Assembly (NCBI GenBank): GCA_965248925.1
Contig: CBDFLE010000006.1
Span: 2,144,001 to 2,208,000 of the forward strand
Direction: 5' to 3'
From: Candidatus Multivoradales bacterium
Lineage (GTDB): Bacteria; Acidobacteriota; Thermoanaerobaculia; Multivoradales; J023
Length of the DNA stretch: 64,000 bases
The notes beneath the pieces are model-generated. The model ran no database searches and had not been told where the DNA came from. It saw nothing but the letters and a program-made list of their open reading frames with translations. Both the position numbers and the translations under genes were made by a program. Position 1 is the first letter of the stretch. The number at the start of each line of letters is the position of its first letter. Below, one piece after another: positions 1 through 8,236 of the stretch.

Positions 1-2
1 CA

Positions 3-1046
3 AGCCTGCTGCTCTATGGTTATGGGTTGCTCGGTCTGGCGATTGGTGGTCTCTACTTCTTGGCCATTCACTACGCCACCACCGCCGGTTGGGCGACCGC
101 TTTCAAACGGGTGCCGGAGGCTCTGACCAGCCTCGCACCGATCGCCCTGCTGTTGATCCTGGCGGCTTTCGTGACCGGTTCGACGGTGCTCTACCCCTGG
201 CTTCGTGAAGGCGCAGAAGCGGCTTCCCTGACCCCCTTCAAGGCACGCTGGTTGAGCCCACTGTGGTTCTTCGGCCGCGCCACAATCTACGCCGTCGTGT
301 TGATCACTTGCGGCGCTGCTCTGCGGCGCCACTCATTGGCCCAAAACCAGGACCGGAATCCAGCCCACACCGCGAGTTGCCGCCGACTGGCCGTGGTCTT
401 TCTACTCGCTGGCTCGTTTACCGTCTGGCTAGCCTCCTTCGACTGGATCATGGCGATCGAGCCGCATTGGTACAGCACCCTTTTTGGGGTCTACAACTTC
501 GCCGGTCACTTCACCGGTGGGCTAGCAGCGATCATCCTGGTGGTGATCGCTCTGCAACGCCGTGGTGCCCTGCCGGGGGTCACCAGCGACCACCTCCACG
601 ATCTTGGCAAGCTGCTCTTCGCCATGAGCACCTTCTGGATGTACATGTGGTTCAGCCAAGCGATGTTGATCTGGTACAGCAACATCGCTGAGGAAGCTAT
701 TTACTTCAACATCCGGCTGGCCAATGGCTGGCGCCCACTGTTCATCGCCAACGTGCTGCTCAACTGGGGGATACCTTTCCTAGTGCTGCTGTCGCGGCGC
801 GCCAAGCGCAGCTCGACGGTGATGGTGCGTATTGCCCTGGTGGTGCTGGCCGGACGCTGGCTCGACCTTTACTTGATGATCTATCCGCCGCTCACCAGCG
901 GGCCGGTGGTCGGCCTGTTGGAGGTAGGCGGCGCGCTCGCTCTACCGGGTCTTGCAGGCTTCCTGATCTGGCGCTGGTTGGAGCGAGTCCCAGCGCAGCC
1001 GAGCGGCGATCCCTATCTGCAAGAAAGCCTCCACCTTCACCAATAG
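3..1046 (+). CDS. actF: Alternative complex III ActF-like (NrfD/PsrC-fold) membrane subunit, 5' partial
   Basis: Frame is open to the window edge; multi-TM protein with WYSTLFG and HLHDLGKLLFAMSTFWMYMWFSQAMLIWYSNIAEE motifs typical of ActF. Confidence 0.7.
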   Translation, partial: SLLLYGYGLLGLAIGGLYFLAIHYATTAGWATAFKRVPEALTSLAPIALLLILAAFVTGSTVLYPWLREGAEAASLTPFKARWLSPLWFFGRATIYAVVLITCGAALRRHSLAQNQDRNPAHTASCRRLAVVFLLAGSFTVWLASFDWIMAIEPHWYSTLFGVYNFAGHFTGGLAAIILVVIALQRRGALPGVTSDHLHDLGKLLFAMSTFWMYMWFSQAMLIWYSNIAEEAIYFNIRLANGWRPLFIANVLLNWGIPFLVLLSRRAKRSSTVMVRIALVVLAGRWLDLYLMIYPPLTSGPVVGLLEVGGALALPGLAGFLIWRWLERVPAQPSGDPYLQESLHLHQ

Positions 1047-1056
1047 GAGCAGTTCG

Positions 1057-2619
1057 ATGGAACGGCAGAATCTCCACCAGTGGGATGTCGAAGACGAGAG
1101 TTTTTGGACCAAGACCGGTCAGCGAATCGCCAACCGCAATCTGTGGATCTCGATCCCCAGCTTGCTCTGTGGTTTCGCGGTGTGGCTCTATTGGAGCATC
1201 ATCACCACCCAGATGCTGGATCTTCAGTTTCCCTTCAGCAAGGGGGAGCTGTTTACCCTCAATGCCATCGCCGGTCTGACCGGTGCAACTTTGCGCATTC
1301 CGAGTTCGTTCCTGATCCGCCTAGCCGGTGGTCGCAACACCATCTTCTTCACCACCGCGTTGTTGATCCTGCCCGCCCTTGGCGCTGGCCTGGCGCTGGC
1401 CGATCCGTCCACACCGCTGTGGATGTTTCAAGTTCTGGCCGCGCTCTCGGGGCTCGGTGGCGGCAACTTTGCCTCCTCGATGTCCAACATCAGCTTCTTT
1501 TTTCCCAAGCGAGTGCAAGGCGCCTCGCTGGGTTTGAATGCTGGCCTGGGCAACCTCGGGGTCAGCATCATGCAGGTGTTGCTGCCCTGGGTCATGACCT
1601 TTTCTCTGTTCGGCGCGCTTGGCGGTAGCGGCCGGCCAGTTCCCGGTGATGCGGCGAGCACGATCTATATTCAGAATGCTGGTTTCGTCTGGGTGCCCGT
1701 CCTGGCCATCCTGGCCATCGTCGGCTTCTTCGGCATGAACAACCTGCTCACTCCCACGGTATCGCCGAAAGTCAGAGGCACCTCCGCCGCCTTGCTGCAG
1801 ATCAGTAGTCTTCTCCTGGTCGCCTTCCTCACCGCCGGTTGCGGGCTCTACCTACTGCTCGGGGTCGGGCTAAGCAAGTGGATCGTCTTGCCCTTGGTGA
1901 TGACCGCCACGGTCTTCCTGATGAAGCTCTTCCCCGGTGAGATCCGCCAGAGCCTCAACCGTCAGTATGCGATCTTCAACAACAAGCACACCTGGATCAT
2001 GACGGTGATCTACACCATGACCTTCGGTTCTTTCATCGGTTTCTCAGCCGCCTTCCCTTTGGCCATCAAAGTGATCTTCGGCTTCTCGCACGACCCCAAC
2101 GGCGCCGAGTTAGGAATCAATCCGGCAGCACCGAGCGCCTTTGCTTACGCTTGGCTCGGGCCATTGATCGGCTCTTTGATTCGCCCGGTCGGTGGCTGGA
2201 TCTCAGATATGAAGATCGGCGGCGCCAAAGTCACCCAGCTGGTCACTTTGGTGATGATCGGCTCAGCCCTCGGGGTGTCTCACTTCATGGTTCAGGCTTA
2301 CCGTTCCGAGACTCCAGAGCAGTACTTCCCTGGTTTCCTCACCCTCTTCCTGCTGCTCTTCGCGGCTACCGGAGTTGGCAACGGATCGACCTTCCGTTCG
2401 ATGGGCGTGATGTTCAACGATGAACAAGCCGGGCCGGTGCTGGGCTGGACTTCAGCAGTTGCTGCTTACGGCGCCTTCATCATCCCCAAAGTGCTCGGCG
2501 AGCAGATCCAGCTCGGCACCCCAGAGCGCGCGCTCTACGGCTTCGCCATCTTCTACGTCGTCTGCCTGCTGCTCAACTTCTGGTACTACGCCCGCAAGGG
2601 AGCCGAGATCCGCTGCTGA
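1057..2619 (+). CDS. narK: NarK-family nitrate/nitrite MFS transporter
   Basis: N-terminus WDVEDESFW..IANRNLWISIPSLL; nitrate signatures GGGNFASSMSNISFFFPK and GNGSTF. Confidence 0.92.
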   Translation: MERQNLHQWDVEDESFWTKTGQRIANRNLWISIPSLLCGFAVWLYWSIITTQMLDLQFPFSKGELFTLNAIAGLTGATLRIPSSFLIRLAGGRNTIFFTTALLILPALGAGLALADPSTPLWMFQVLAALSGLGGGNFASSMSNISFFFPKRVQGASLGLNAGLGNLGVSIMQVLLPWVMTFSLFGALGGSGRPVPGDAASTIYIQNAGFVWVPVLAILAIVGFFGMNNLLTPTVSPKVRGTSAALLQISSLLLVAFLTAGCGLYLLLGVGLSKWIVLPLVMTATVFLMKLFPGEIRQSLNRQYAIFNNKHTWIMTVIYTMTFGSFIGFSAAFPLAIKVIFGFSHDPNGAELGINPAAPSAFAYAWLGPLIGSLIRPVGGWISDMKIGGAKVTQLVTLVMIGSALGVSHFMVQAYRSETPEQYFPGFLTLFLLLFAATGVGNGSTFRSMGVMFNDEQAGPVLGWTSAVAAYGAFIIPKVLGEQIQLGTPERALYGFAIFYVVCLLLNFWYYARKGAEIRC

Positions 2620-2647
2620 GCGGCCGCCACCAACCGAGAGAAAAACG

Positions 2648-3157
2648 ATGCGCCGAATACACCTGGTGGGCTCGAAGAATCACGGCAAGACCACCCTGCT
2701 GGTCGAGCTGATCGAAGCCGCCACCCACCGTGGCTTGCGAGTCGGCGCCATCAAACACACTCACCACGCCCACCAGCTTGACAAGCCCGGCAGTGATTCC
2801 TACCGCTTGCGCGGCGCCGGGGCGGCGCCCGCGGCCTTCGTCAGCGGCTCCGGGATAGGCGTCTTCCTGCCTTGCGAACCCGGCTCGTGCTACGACCGTT
2901 TAGAAGAGCTCTACGCCGACTGCGATCTGGTGCTCGTCGAAGGCGATCTCACCGCCCGCGCCACCACTATCGAAGTCTGGCGGGCTGCCGAGGGCAGGCC
3001 GCCGTTGGCGTTGAGTCAGAAAGGCATCACCGCGGTGGTGACTGACGATCCCCTCAACATCGACCTGCCGGTGCTACCTCGTACCGACATCGAAGGGCTT
3101 CTCGACCAAGTGCTGGTCCTGGCTGGGGTGCCAGACGTGGCTGGAGTCCGGGTCTGA
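2648..3157 (+). CDS. mobB: Molybdopterin-guanine dinucleotide biosynthesis protein B
   Basis: ATG at 2648; IHLVGSKNHGKTTL P-loop, IKHTHH, DKPGSDSYR, DLVLVEG. Confidence 0.85.
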   Translation: MRRIHLVGSKNHGKTTLLVELIEAATHRGLRVGAIKHTHHAHQLDKPGSDSYRLRGAGAAPAAFVSGSGIGVFLPCEPGSCYDRLEELYADCDLVLVEGDLTARATTIEVWRAAEGRPPLALSQKGITAVVTDDPLNIDLPVLPRTDIEGLLDQVLVLAGVPDVAGVRV

Positions 3158-3281
3158 GAACCTGGGGGGGGGGGACCAGGCTTGCGAAGACGGACGCTTC
3201 AAGGTGCAGTACAGCCACGGCTCTCTTGCTTACCCATTGCACGACTGTGCTCCGTTATAGTGGATGGTGGAGGCATTACCG

Positions 3282-3506
3282 ATGGATCTACGCTACACAG
3301 CCGTTTTTGAGCAGGTCGGAGAGATGTGGATAGGCTTTGCCGAGGAGCTGCCCGGCGCCAACACTCAGGGCAAGACCCTGGAAGAAGTACGAGAAAACCT
3401 GAAAGAGGCTATTCGGCTCATCCTTGCGGCCAACCGCGACTTGGTCGAGAGGCGCAGTAAGGGCCACCGGGTGATGCGAGAGGAGCTTCTGGTGTCTGTT
3501 GGATGA
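3282..3506 (+). CDS. hicB: HicB-family antitoxin
   Basis: GGAGG RBS before ATG 3282; ELPGANTQGKTLEEVRENLKEAI motif; overlaps the hicA start (ATGA). Confidence 0.88.
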   Translation: MDLRYTAVFEQVGEMWIGFAEELPGANTQGKTLEEVRENLKEAIRLILAANRDLVERRSKGHRVMREELLVSVG

Positions 3507-3688
3507 AGCGCCGTCAGCTCCTCAAGCACTTGAGAAGGCACGGATGCGAGCTACTTCGCGAAGGCAGTCGCCACTCCGTCTTCTGGAATTCCGGCAATCA
3601 CCAGACCAGCACTGTTCCCCGTCACACCGAGATCATCGACCTGCTCGCCAAGAAGATCTGCAAAGACCTCGGTATCCCCAAAGCCTGA
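3503..3688 (+). CDS. hicA: HicA-family toxin
   Basis: 61 aa, MKRRQLLKHL..REGSRHS..VPRHTEI..ICKDLGI. Confidence 0.88.
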   Translation: MKRRQLLKHLRRHGCELLREGSRHSVFWNSGNHQTSTVPRHTEIIDLLAKKICKDLGIPKA

Positions 3689-3756
3689 GACTCTGCAAAG
3701 ACCCGACAAGAAGGCACCACACCTTCTCTTTGAGCCACTCGACAACCCGCTTGCCC

Positions 3757-3843
3757 TCTGTACCCACTCATCGGCCTCACCGGTAGATACCAGAGCGACG
3801 AAACACTCGCGTTCTGTACAGCGTAGGGATCAGCGTCACGGCT
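3757..3843. repeat. Diverged intergenic repeat, copy 1 (87-nt core; weaker similarity extends back to ~3690)
   Basis: Ungapped alignment with 6379-6465, 71/87 identical by hand count. Confidence 0.85.
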
Positions 3844-3921
3844 TAAGACAGGCTGTGGTGGAAGTCTGCCAGGGTTCGAGTCTGAGGCGGCCTCAGAGAA
3901 GCGGCTGATAAGATCGGGCCG

Positions 3922-4069
3922 GATCCGGTCGGCTCTCGCTTGCTCTCTAGCCCGACGGCATCAGCGCCCCGTGGAAGCCTGGGCTGAGCTTCATCAGCAG
4001 GAGCTACAGGAATGCTGGGACCGCTTGCAACAGGGCCAACCTCCTCGTAGGATCGAGACTCTGCAATAA
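3922..4069 (+). pseudogene. DUF4160-family remnant (C-terminal half)
   Basis: One frame reads SLARRHQRPVEAWAELHQQELQECWDRLQQGQPPRRIETLQ*; directly upstream of its usual partner DUF2442; 5' half missing or frameshifted. Confidence 0.7.
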
Positions 4070-4079
4070 GGAGTCGAGA

Positions 4080-4376
4080 ATGGCGCATTCTATCCACCGC
4101 GTGACATCGGTCGAGGTAATCGGTACCCATCAGCTCCGGGTGGGCTTCGAGGATGGCAACTCGCAGGAGATCGACCTCGAGCCAATTCTCAAGGGCGAAC
4201 TCTATGGCCCCCTCCGCGATCCGAAGATCTTCGCCAAGGTCGCAATAGATCCTGAACTCCACACCCTCGTCTGGCCAAACGGAGCCGACTTCGACCCCGC
4301 GATGCTTCATGACTGGCCTCGACACGAGGAACCTATGCGGAATCTAGCCAGGCGATGGGCCTTGGCGAGTGCTTAA
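4080..4376 (+). CDS. DUF2442-domain protein (putative TA component)
   Basis: LRVGFEDG...YGPLRDP..F...TLVWPNGADFDP pattern; AAGGAG RBS. Confidence 0.85.
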   Translation: MAHSIHRVTSVEVIGTHQLRVGFEDGNSQEIDLEPILKGELYGPLRDPKIFAKVAIDPELHTLVWPNGADFDPAMLHDWPRHEEPMRNLARRWALASA

Positions 4377-4469
4377 GGCCGCGGAGCAATCGCCTAGAGA
4401 ATGTACCACAACCACGGATCTGCTAATGAGAAGCGCCTCACATACCACGCTGAAAATAGACTGGTTAAG

Positions 4470-5297
4470 ATGAGTCAATTTCGACAGACTTTGATTTCCG
4501 GAACCGTTTGGATTTTGATTGCTCTCTCTGCCGCGACCCTCGGCGCTTGGCTCGACTCTCGAGGATCAGCAGACGTGCTTGGCAAGATTCTTTTCTACGG
4601 CGGAATCTTCGTCGCCACCGTCTTCTTGGTTCAGATCGTGAAGATCGTACGCTTTCATCTAGTTGGCACGCGGATGATGCGAGAAGATCCAAAAGCCTTC
4701 GCGGAGGCTGCTGCTGACTTTCGAGAAAGCGCGTCAAAGATCGACAGCGGCAGGGAAAATGCCACAGAATGCACGTCGGAGCCGAAAGCAACTCCTACCG
4801 AACATGATATCCGAGACAACAATTTCGGGAAACATTTCTATTTGATGGATTACCGTCAACACTACTCGAAATTTCTAGACGGAAGCATAGACCAGAAGCG
4901 CACACTTTCCGAATTGTTCCTGTTCCGAGGCTGGACAACACAGTTCGGGTTCAGGATCTTCAACTCACAAGAACATCTCACAGACGAAATTCTGAATAAT
5001 ATAGTAAATAGTGCAACCACACTTGGCGTAGGAATTTTTAATGTAACGCACGGGTTTGACCCGCAAGAAATACTTGGCAAGAAACTTATCGATTTGATCG
5101 AGAATCGCTGGCAAGCCTACGATGCAATCGTTGAAGGTTCTTCTGGCTCCTCACAGATTCCCACGGCTGCCTTGGTCGGGGCAGCCATGAGGAGATCAGA
5201 TATCCACGACCCGTCAAAGTTTGTTCTTTTGTCTTCTGATTTTATGAAGCATCTTATGCAGATCAAGGACGACGCCATTGACCTTGGACTCTTCTAG
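4470..5297 (+). CDS. Hypothetical protein with two N-terminal TM helices; lower GC than its neighbours
   Basis: Long ORF (alternative start 4401), hydrophobic N-terminus, visibly AT-richer codons. Confidence 0.6.
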   Translation: MSQFRQTLISGTVWILIALSAATLGAWLDSRGSADVLGKILFYGGIFVATVFLVQIVKIVRFHLVGTRMMREDPKAFAEAAADFRESASKIDSGRENATECTSEPKATPTEHDIRDNNFGKHFYLMDYRQHYSKFLDGSIDQKRTLSELFLFRGWTTQFGFRIFNSQEHLTDEILNNIVNSATTLGVGIFNVTHGFDPQEILGKKLIDLIENRWQAYDAIVEGSSGSSQIPTAALVGAAMRRSDIHDPSKFVLLSSDFMKHLMQIKDDAIDLGLF

Positions 5298-5510
5298 CAA
5301 GTGAGCCAAGAAGAGGTGCAGTATAGGGTCGCCCGTCTCGGCCAAGGAAGGTGCCACACCTTTGTTGAGGGCCGGATCTGGCTGGAGCGCTGGAAATGGC
5401 TGGAACGCGAGCCTGAGGCAGGTCCCGAGCTGCTGCTGCTAGGATCGCCGAAGCGGCTGTCGTCTACCAGAGAAGCCGGCGCCAGGGAAGCCAATCACCG
5501 GAGACTAGCG

Positions 5511-6005
5511 ATGGATTTTGCCAGAATTCTCAGCATCTTGGTCAGCCTGGAGAAGGAGCAAGTCGAGTACGCGATCTTCGGCGCGGTCGCATTGAACTTT
5601 CACGGCATCGTCAGAGCCACAGAGGATCTGGATCTCTTCATTCGCCCCGAAACCGAAAACATCGATCGGCTTCGCCGAGCCCTAAGAAGGGTCTACGACG
5701 ACCCCAACATCGATGAGATCAGCACCGAGGATCTGCTCGGCAACTATCCTGCGGTTCGCTATTTTCCGCCAAGTTCCGCGGACGAGGACGGTTTTTTCCT
5801 CGATATCCTGACGAGATTGGGGGAGAAGGTGAGCTTCTCCGATCTCGAGATTCAGGATATCGATGTCGAGGGTGTCAAAGCGCGGGTGGTTTCGCCCCGG
5901 TCTCTCTACTGGCTCAAGAGGGACACCATCAGAGACAAAGATCGTCTCGACGCCAGCTACCTGGCGGAGAAGTTTGATCTCGAAGACGACGAAGGAGACC
6001 GCTAG
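5511..6005 (+). CDS. Nucleotidyltransferase (DUF6036/AbiEii-like)
   Basis: YAIFGAVALNFHGIVRATEDLDL (G..A...RxTxDxD) and C-terminal K...RDKD..D; GGAG RBS before ATG 5511. Confidence 0.75.
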   Translation: MDFARILSILVSLEKEQVEYAIFGAVALNFHGIVRATEDLDLFIRPETENIDRLRRALRRVYDDPNIDEISTEDLLGNYPAVRYFPPSSADEDGFFLDILTRLGEKVSFSDLEIQDIDVEGVKARVVSPRSLYWLKRDTIRDKDRLDASYLAEKFDLEDDEGDR

Positions 6006-6304
6006 TGCCAATCAAGAAATTTCGCTCCATCGAAGAGATGGACGCCGCCCGAGCGGATCTCTGGTGCGATCAAATCGGGCCAGCACTTTTTCGCCGCATT
6101 GCGCGTCTCTGGGAACGTAGCTCCCGGCTCAGCCCTCGCAAGTTCCCCAAAGGAGTCATCAAGTACCGCAATCTGGAGGAAGCACAGGCTGATCGGGAAA
6201 GGTGGCAGAAGGAACACGTTCAGCGGGTGCAGCGGGAACGGCTGGAGAACGGGACGGTGCAGGTCATTCAGGCCGGGCGGTTTGGATCTCTTAAGAGCGA
6301 ATAG
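6005..6304 (+). CDS. Small hypothetical protein, probable partner of the upstream nucleotidyltransferase
   Basis: Coupled (TAG/GTG overlap); internal KFRSIEEM / KYRNLEEA near-repeat. Confidence 0.6.
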   Translation: MPIKKFRSIEEMDAARADLWCDQIGPALFRRIARLWERSSRLSPRKFPKGVIKYRNLEEAQADRERWQKEHVQRVQRERLENGTVQVIQAGRFGSLKSE

Positions 6305-6378
6305 TGATAAGCCTCTATGAAAGCCCAACAATGAAGGCGCCACATCTTCATAATAGACCGCTAAAAATCCACTCGCTA

Positions 6379-6465
6379 TCTGTACCCAATGGCCGACCTC
6401 ATCGGTAGACACCTGAGTGACGAAACACCCGCGGACTGTACCGCGTAGGGAAGAACGTCACGGCT
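6379..6465. repeat. Diverged intergenic repeat, copy 2
   Basis: See copy 1 at 3757-3843; similarity extends back to ~6310. Confidence 0.85.
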
Positions 6466-6508
6466 AGAGCCACCCGCAGAGAATCACCTACCCCGAGGAA
6501 AACCCGAT

Positions 6509-8236
6509 ATGACCAGCTCGCAGACCAGTGAACCTACTCAAAGCAGGCCGCTACGGCTATGGCCCGGTGTGGCCATCGTGACGCTGCAGTGGTTGGTCAG
6601 GTTCGTCATTCCCTTCTTCGTTCCCGCGGCTGTTCTCGCCGGAGTGCTGGGTGGACTAGTGGGTGGATTCATGATCGTCCTGTGGTGGCTGTTTTTCAGC
6701 CGGGCAGCCTGGCCCGAACGCCTGGGAGCCATCGGGCTGATGGCTGTCGCGCTATTCGCCACCTCGCGGCTACTCCACGAATCGATGGCGACGGCGGGGA
6801 TGGGGGTGCTGTTCTTCATCTATGCCATCCCGGTCCTCTGCCTCGGTTTCGTGGTCTGGGCGGTGGCCAGTCGCCACCTCTCGAATAGGCTTCGACGGGC
6901 GACGATGGTCGCAACTATTCTGCTGGCCTGTGGGGTGTGGACTCTCTTCCGCACCGGCGGTATTACCGGCGAATCTGACTCAGACTTCGGTTGGCGGTGG
7001 GCACGAACGGCCGAAGAACGGCTCTTGGCCCAGGCCGACGACCTGCCAACTGCGCCCCTCACGGGTATCGAAATGCTGGCCTCGGGAGCCGACTGGCCGG
7101 GCTTTCGCGGACCCGGTCGCGACGGCATCATCCATGGCCTGCGCATCGATACCGACTGGTCAGCCTCGCCGCCGGTCGAGCTGTGGCGACGATCGATCGG
7201 GCCGGGCTGGTCCTCTTTCGCTATCCGCGGCATCCTGCTCTACACCCAGGAGCAGCGTGGCGACGACGAGGTCGTCAGTTGCTACAACGCAACCACTGGT
7301 GATCCGGTTTGGCAACACCGCGATGCGGCCCGGTTCTGGGAATCGAATGCTGGCGCCGGCCCGCGGGCGACCCCGACTCTCAGCGGAGGGCGCGTCTACA
7401 CCCTCGGAGCGACCGGAATTCTCAATGCGCTGGAAGCCCACGACGGCAGCGTCGTGTGGTCGCGCAATGTGGCGACCGACACCGGCGCGGAGCTGCCGAC
7501 TTGGGGCTTCTCAGCCTCGCCGGTAGTGACCGACGAACTGGTAATTGCCGCCACTGCCGGTCAGCTCGTCGCTTACGACCTCGACACCGGTGAGCGGCGC
7601 TGGTCTGGCCCGGACGGCGGCGACGGCTACAGCTCGCCACAGCTGCTGACGATCGACGAAGTGACGCAGGTTCTGCACCTGAGCGCAGCCGGTGCCACCA
7701 GCCTCGCACTAGCCGACGGCACGCTACTCTGGGAGCATCCGTGGAAGGGCTACCCCATCGTCCAGCCAGCCCTTACCGCCACCGGCGATGTGTTGATCAG
7801 CGCCAGCCAACAAAGCGGCCTCCGCCGACTCGGGGTCGCTCTGGGAACCGACGGCTGGACGGTCGGGGAAAGCTGGACCTCGATACGGATGAAGCCGTAC
7901 TTCAGTGACCTGGTGGTTCACCGCGGCCATGGCTTTGGCTTCGATGGTGGCATCCTCGCTTGCATCGACCTCAAGGATGGCAGCCGCAAGTGGAAAGGCG
8001 GCCGCTACGGCCACGGACAACTGGTCTTGCTGGCCGACCAAGACCTACTGCTGGTGTTGTCGGAAAAAGGCGATCTGGTATTGGTCAAAGCGACCCCTGA
8101 TCAGTTCACGGAACTGGCACGGTTGCCGGCGATCGAGGGCAAGACCTGGAACCACCCACTGCTGGTTGGCGATCTCTTAGTGGTCCGTAACGCCCAGGAG
8201 ATGGCAGCCTTCAGGCTCTCCCTCGCGGCCGGGTGA
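6509..8236 (+). CDS. Membrane-anchored PQQ-like/BamB-type beta-propeller protein
   Basis: N-terminal TM helices, then DWPGFRGPGRDG, GPRATP, YSSP and TWNHP propeller motifs. Confidence 0.82.
   Translation: MTSSQTSEPTQSRPLRLWPGVAIVTLQWLVRFVIPFFVPAAVLAGVLGGLVGGFMIVLWWLFFSRAAWPERLGAIGLMAVALFATSRLLHESMATAGMGVLFFIYAIPVLCLGFVVWAVASRHLSNRLRRATMVATILLACGVWTLFRTGGITGESDSDFGWRWARTAEERLLAQADDLPTAPLTGIEMLASGADWPGFRGPGRDGIIHGLRIDTDWSASPPVELWRRSIGPGWSSFAIRGILLYTQEQRGDDEVVSCYNATTGDPVWQHRDAARFWESNAGAGPRATPTLSGGRVYTLGATGILNALEAHDGSVVWSRNVATDTGAELPTWGFSASPVVTDELVIAATAGQLVAYDLDTGERRWSGPDGGDGYSSPQLLTIDEVTQVLHLSAAGATSLALADGTLLWEHPWKGYPIVQPALTATGDVLISASQQSGLRRLGVALGTDGWTVGESWTSIRMKPYFSDLVVHRGHGFGFDGGILACIDLKDGSRKWKGGRYGHGQLVLLADQDLLLVLSEKGDLVLVKATPDQFTELARLPAIEGKTWNHPLLVGDLLVVRNAQEMAAFRLSLAAG

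Noticed and set aside
4055-4069. IS5-like terminal repeat GAGACTCTGCAA (also at ~3687)
   Set aside because: Both copies have the same orientation, no transposase is present, and this copy is explained as the ETLQ* end of the DUF4160 relic
5301-5510. N-terminal extension of the nucleotidyltransferase (similar extensions at 2420, 23935, 53688, 57146, 58966)
   Set aside because: RBS position, gene overlaps and domain starts favour the downstream ATGs
6379-6465. Hammerhead or HDV-like ribozyme (CTGAGTGACGAAAC; GGCTA end)
   Set aside because: Stem II is absent and copy 1 lacks CUGA; no P1 partner was found for an HDV fold
3757-6465. Integron attC sites
   Set aside because: No RYYYAAC/GTTRRRY ends, no overall palindrome and no intI gene
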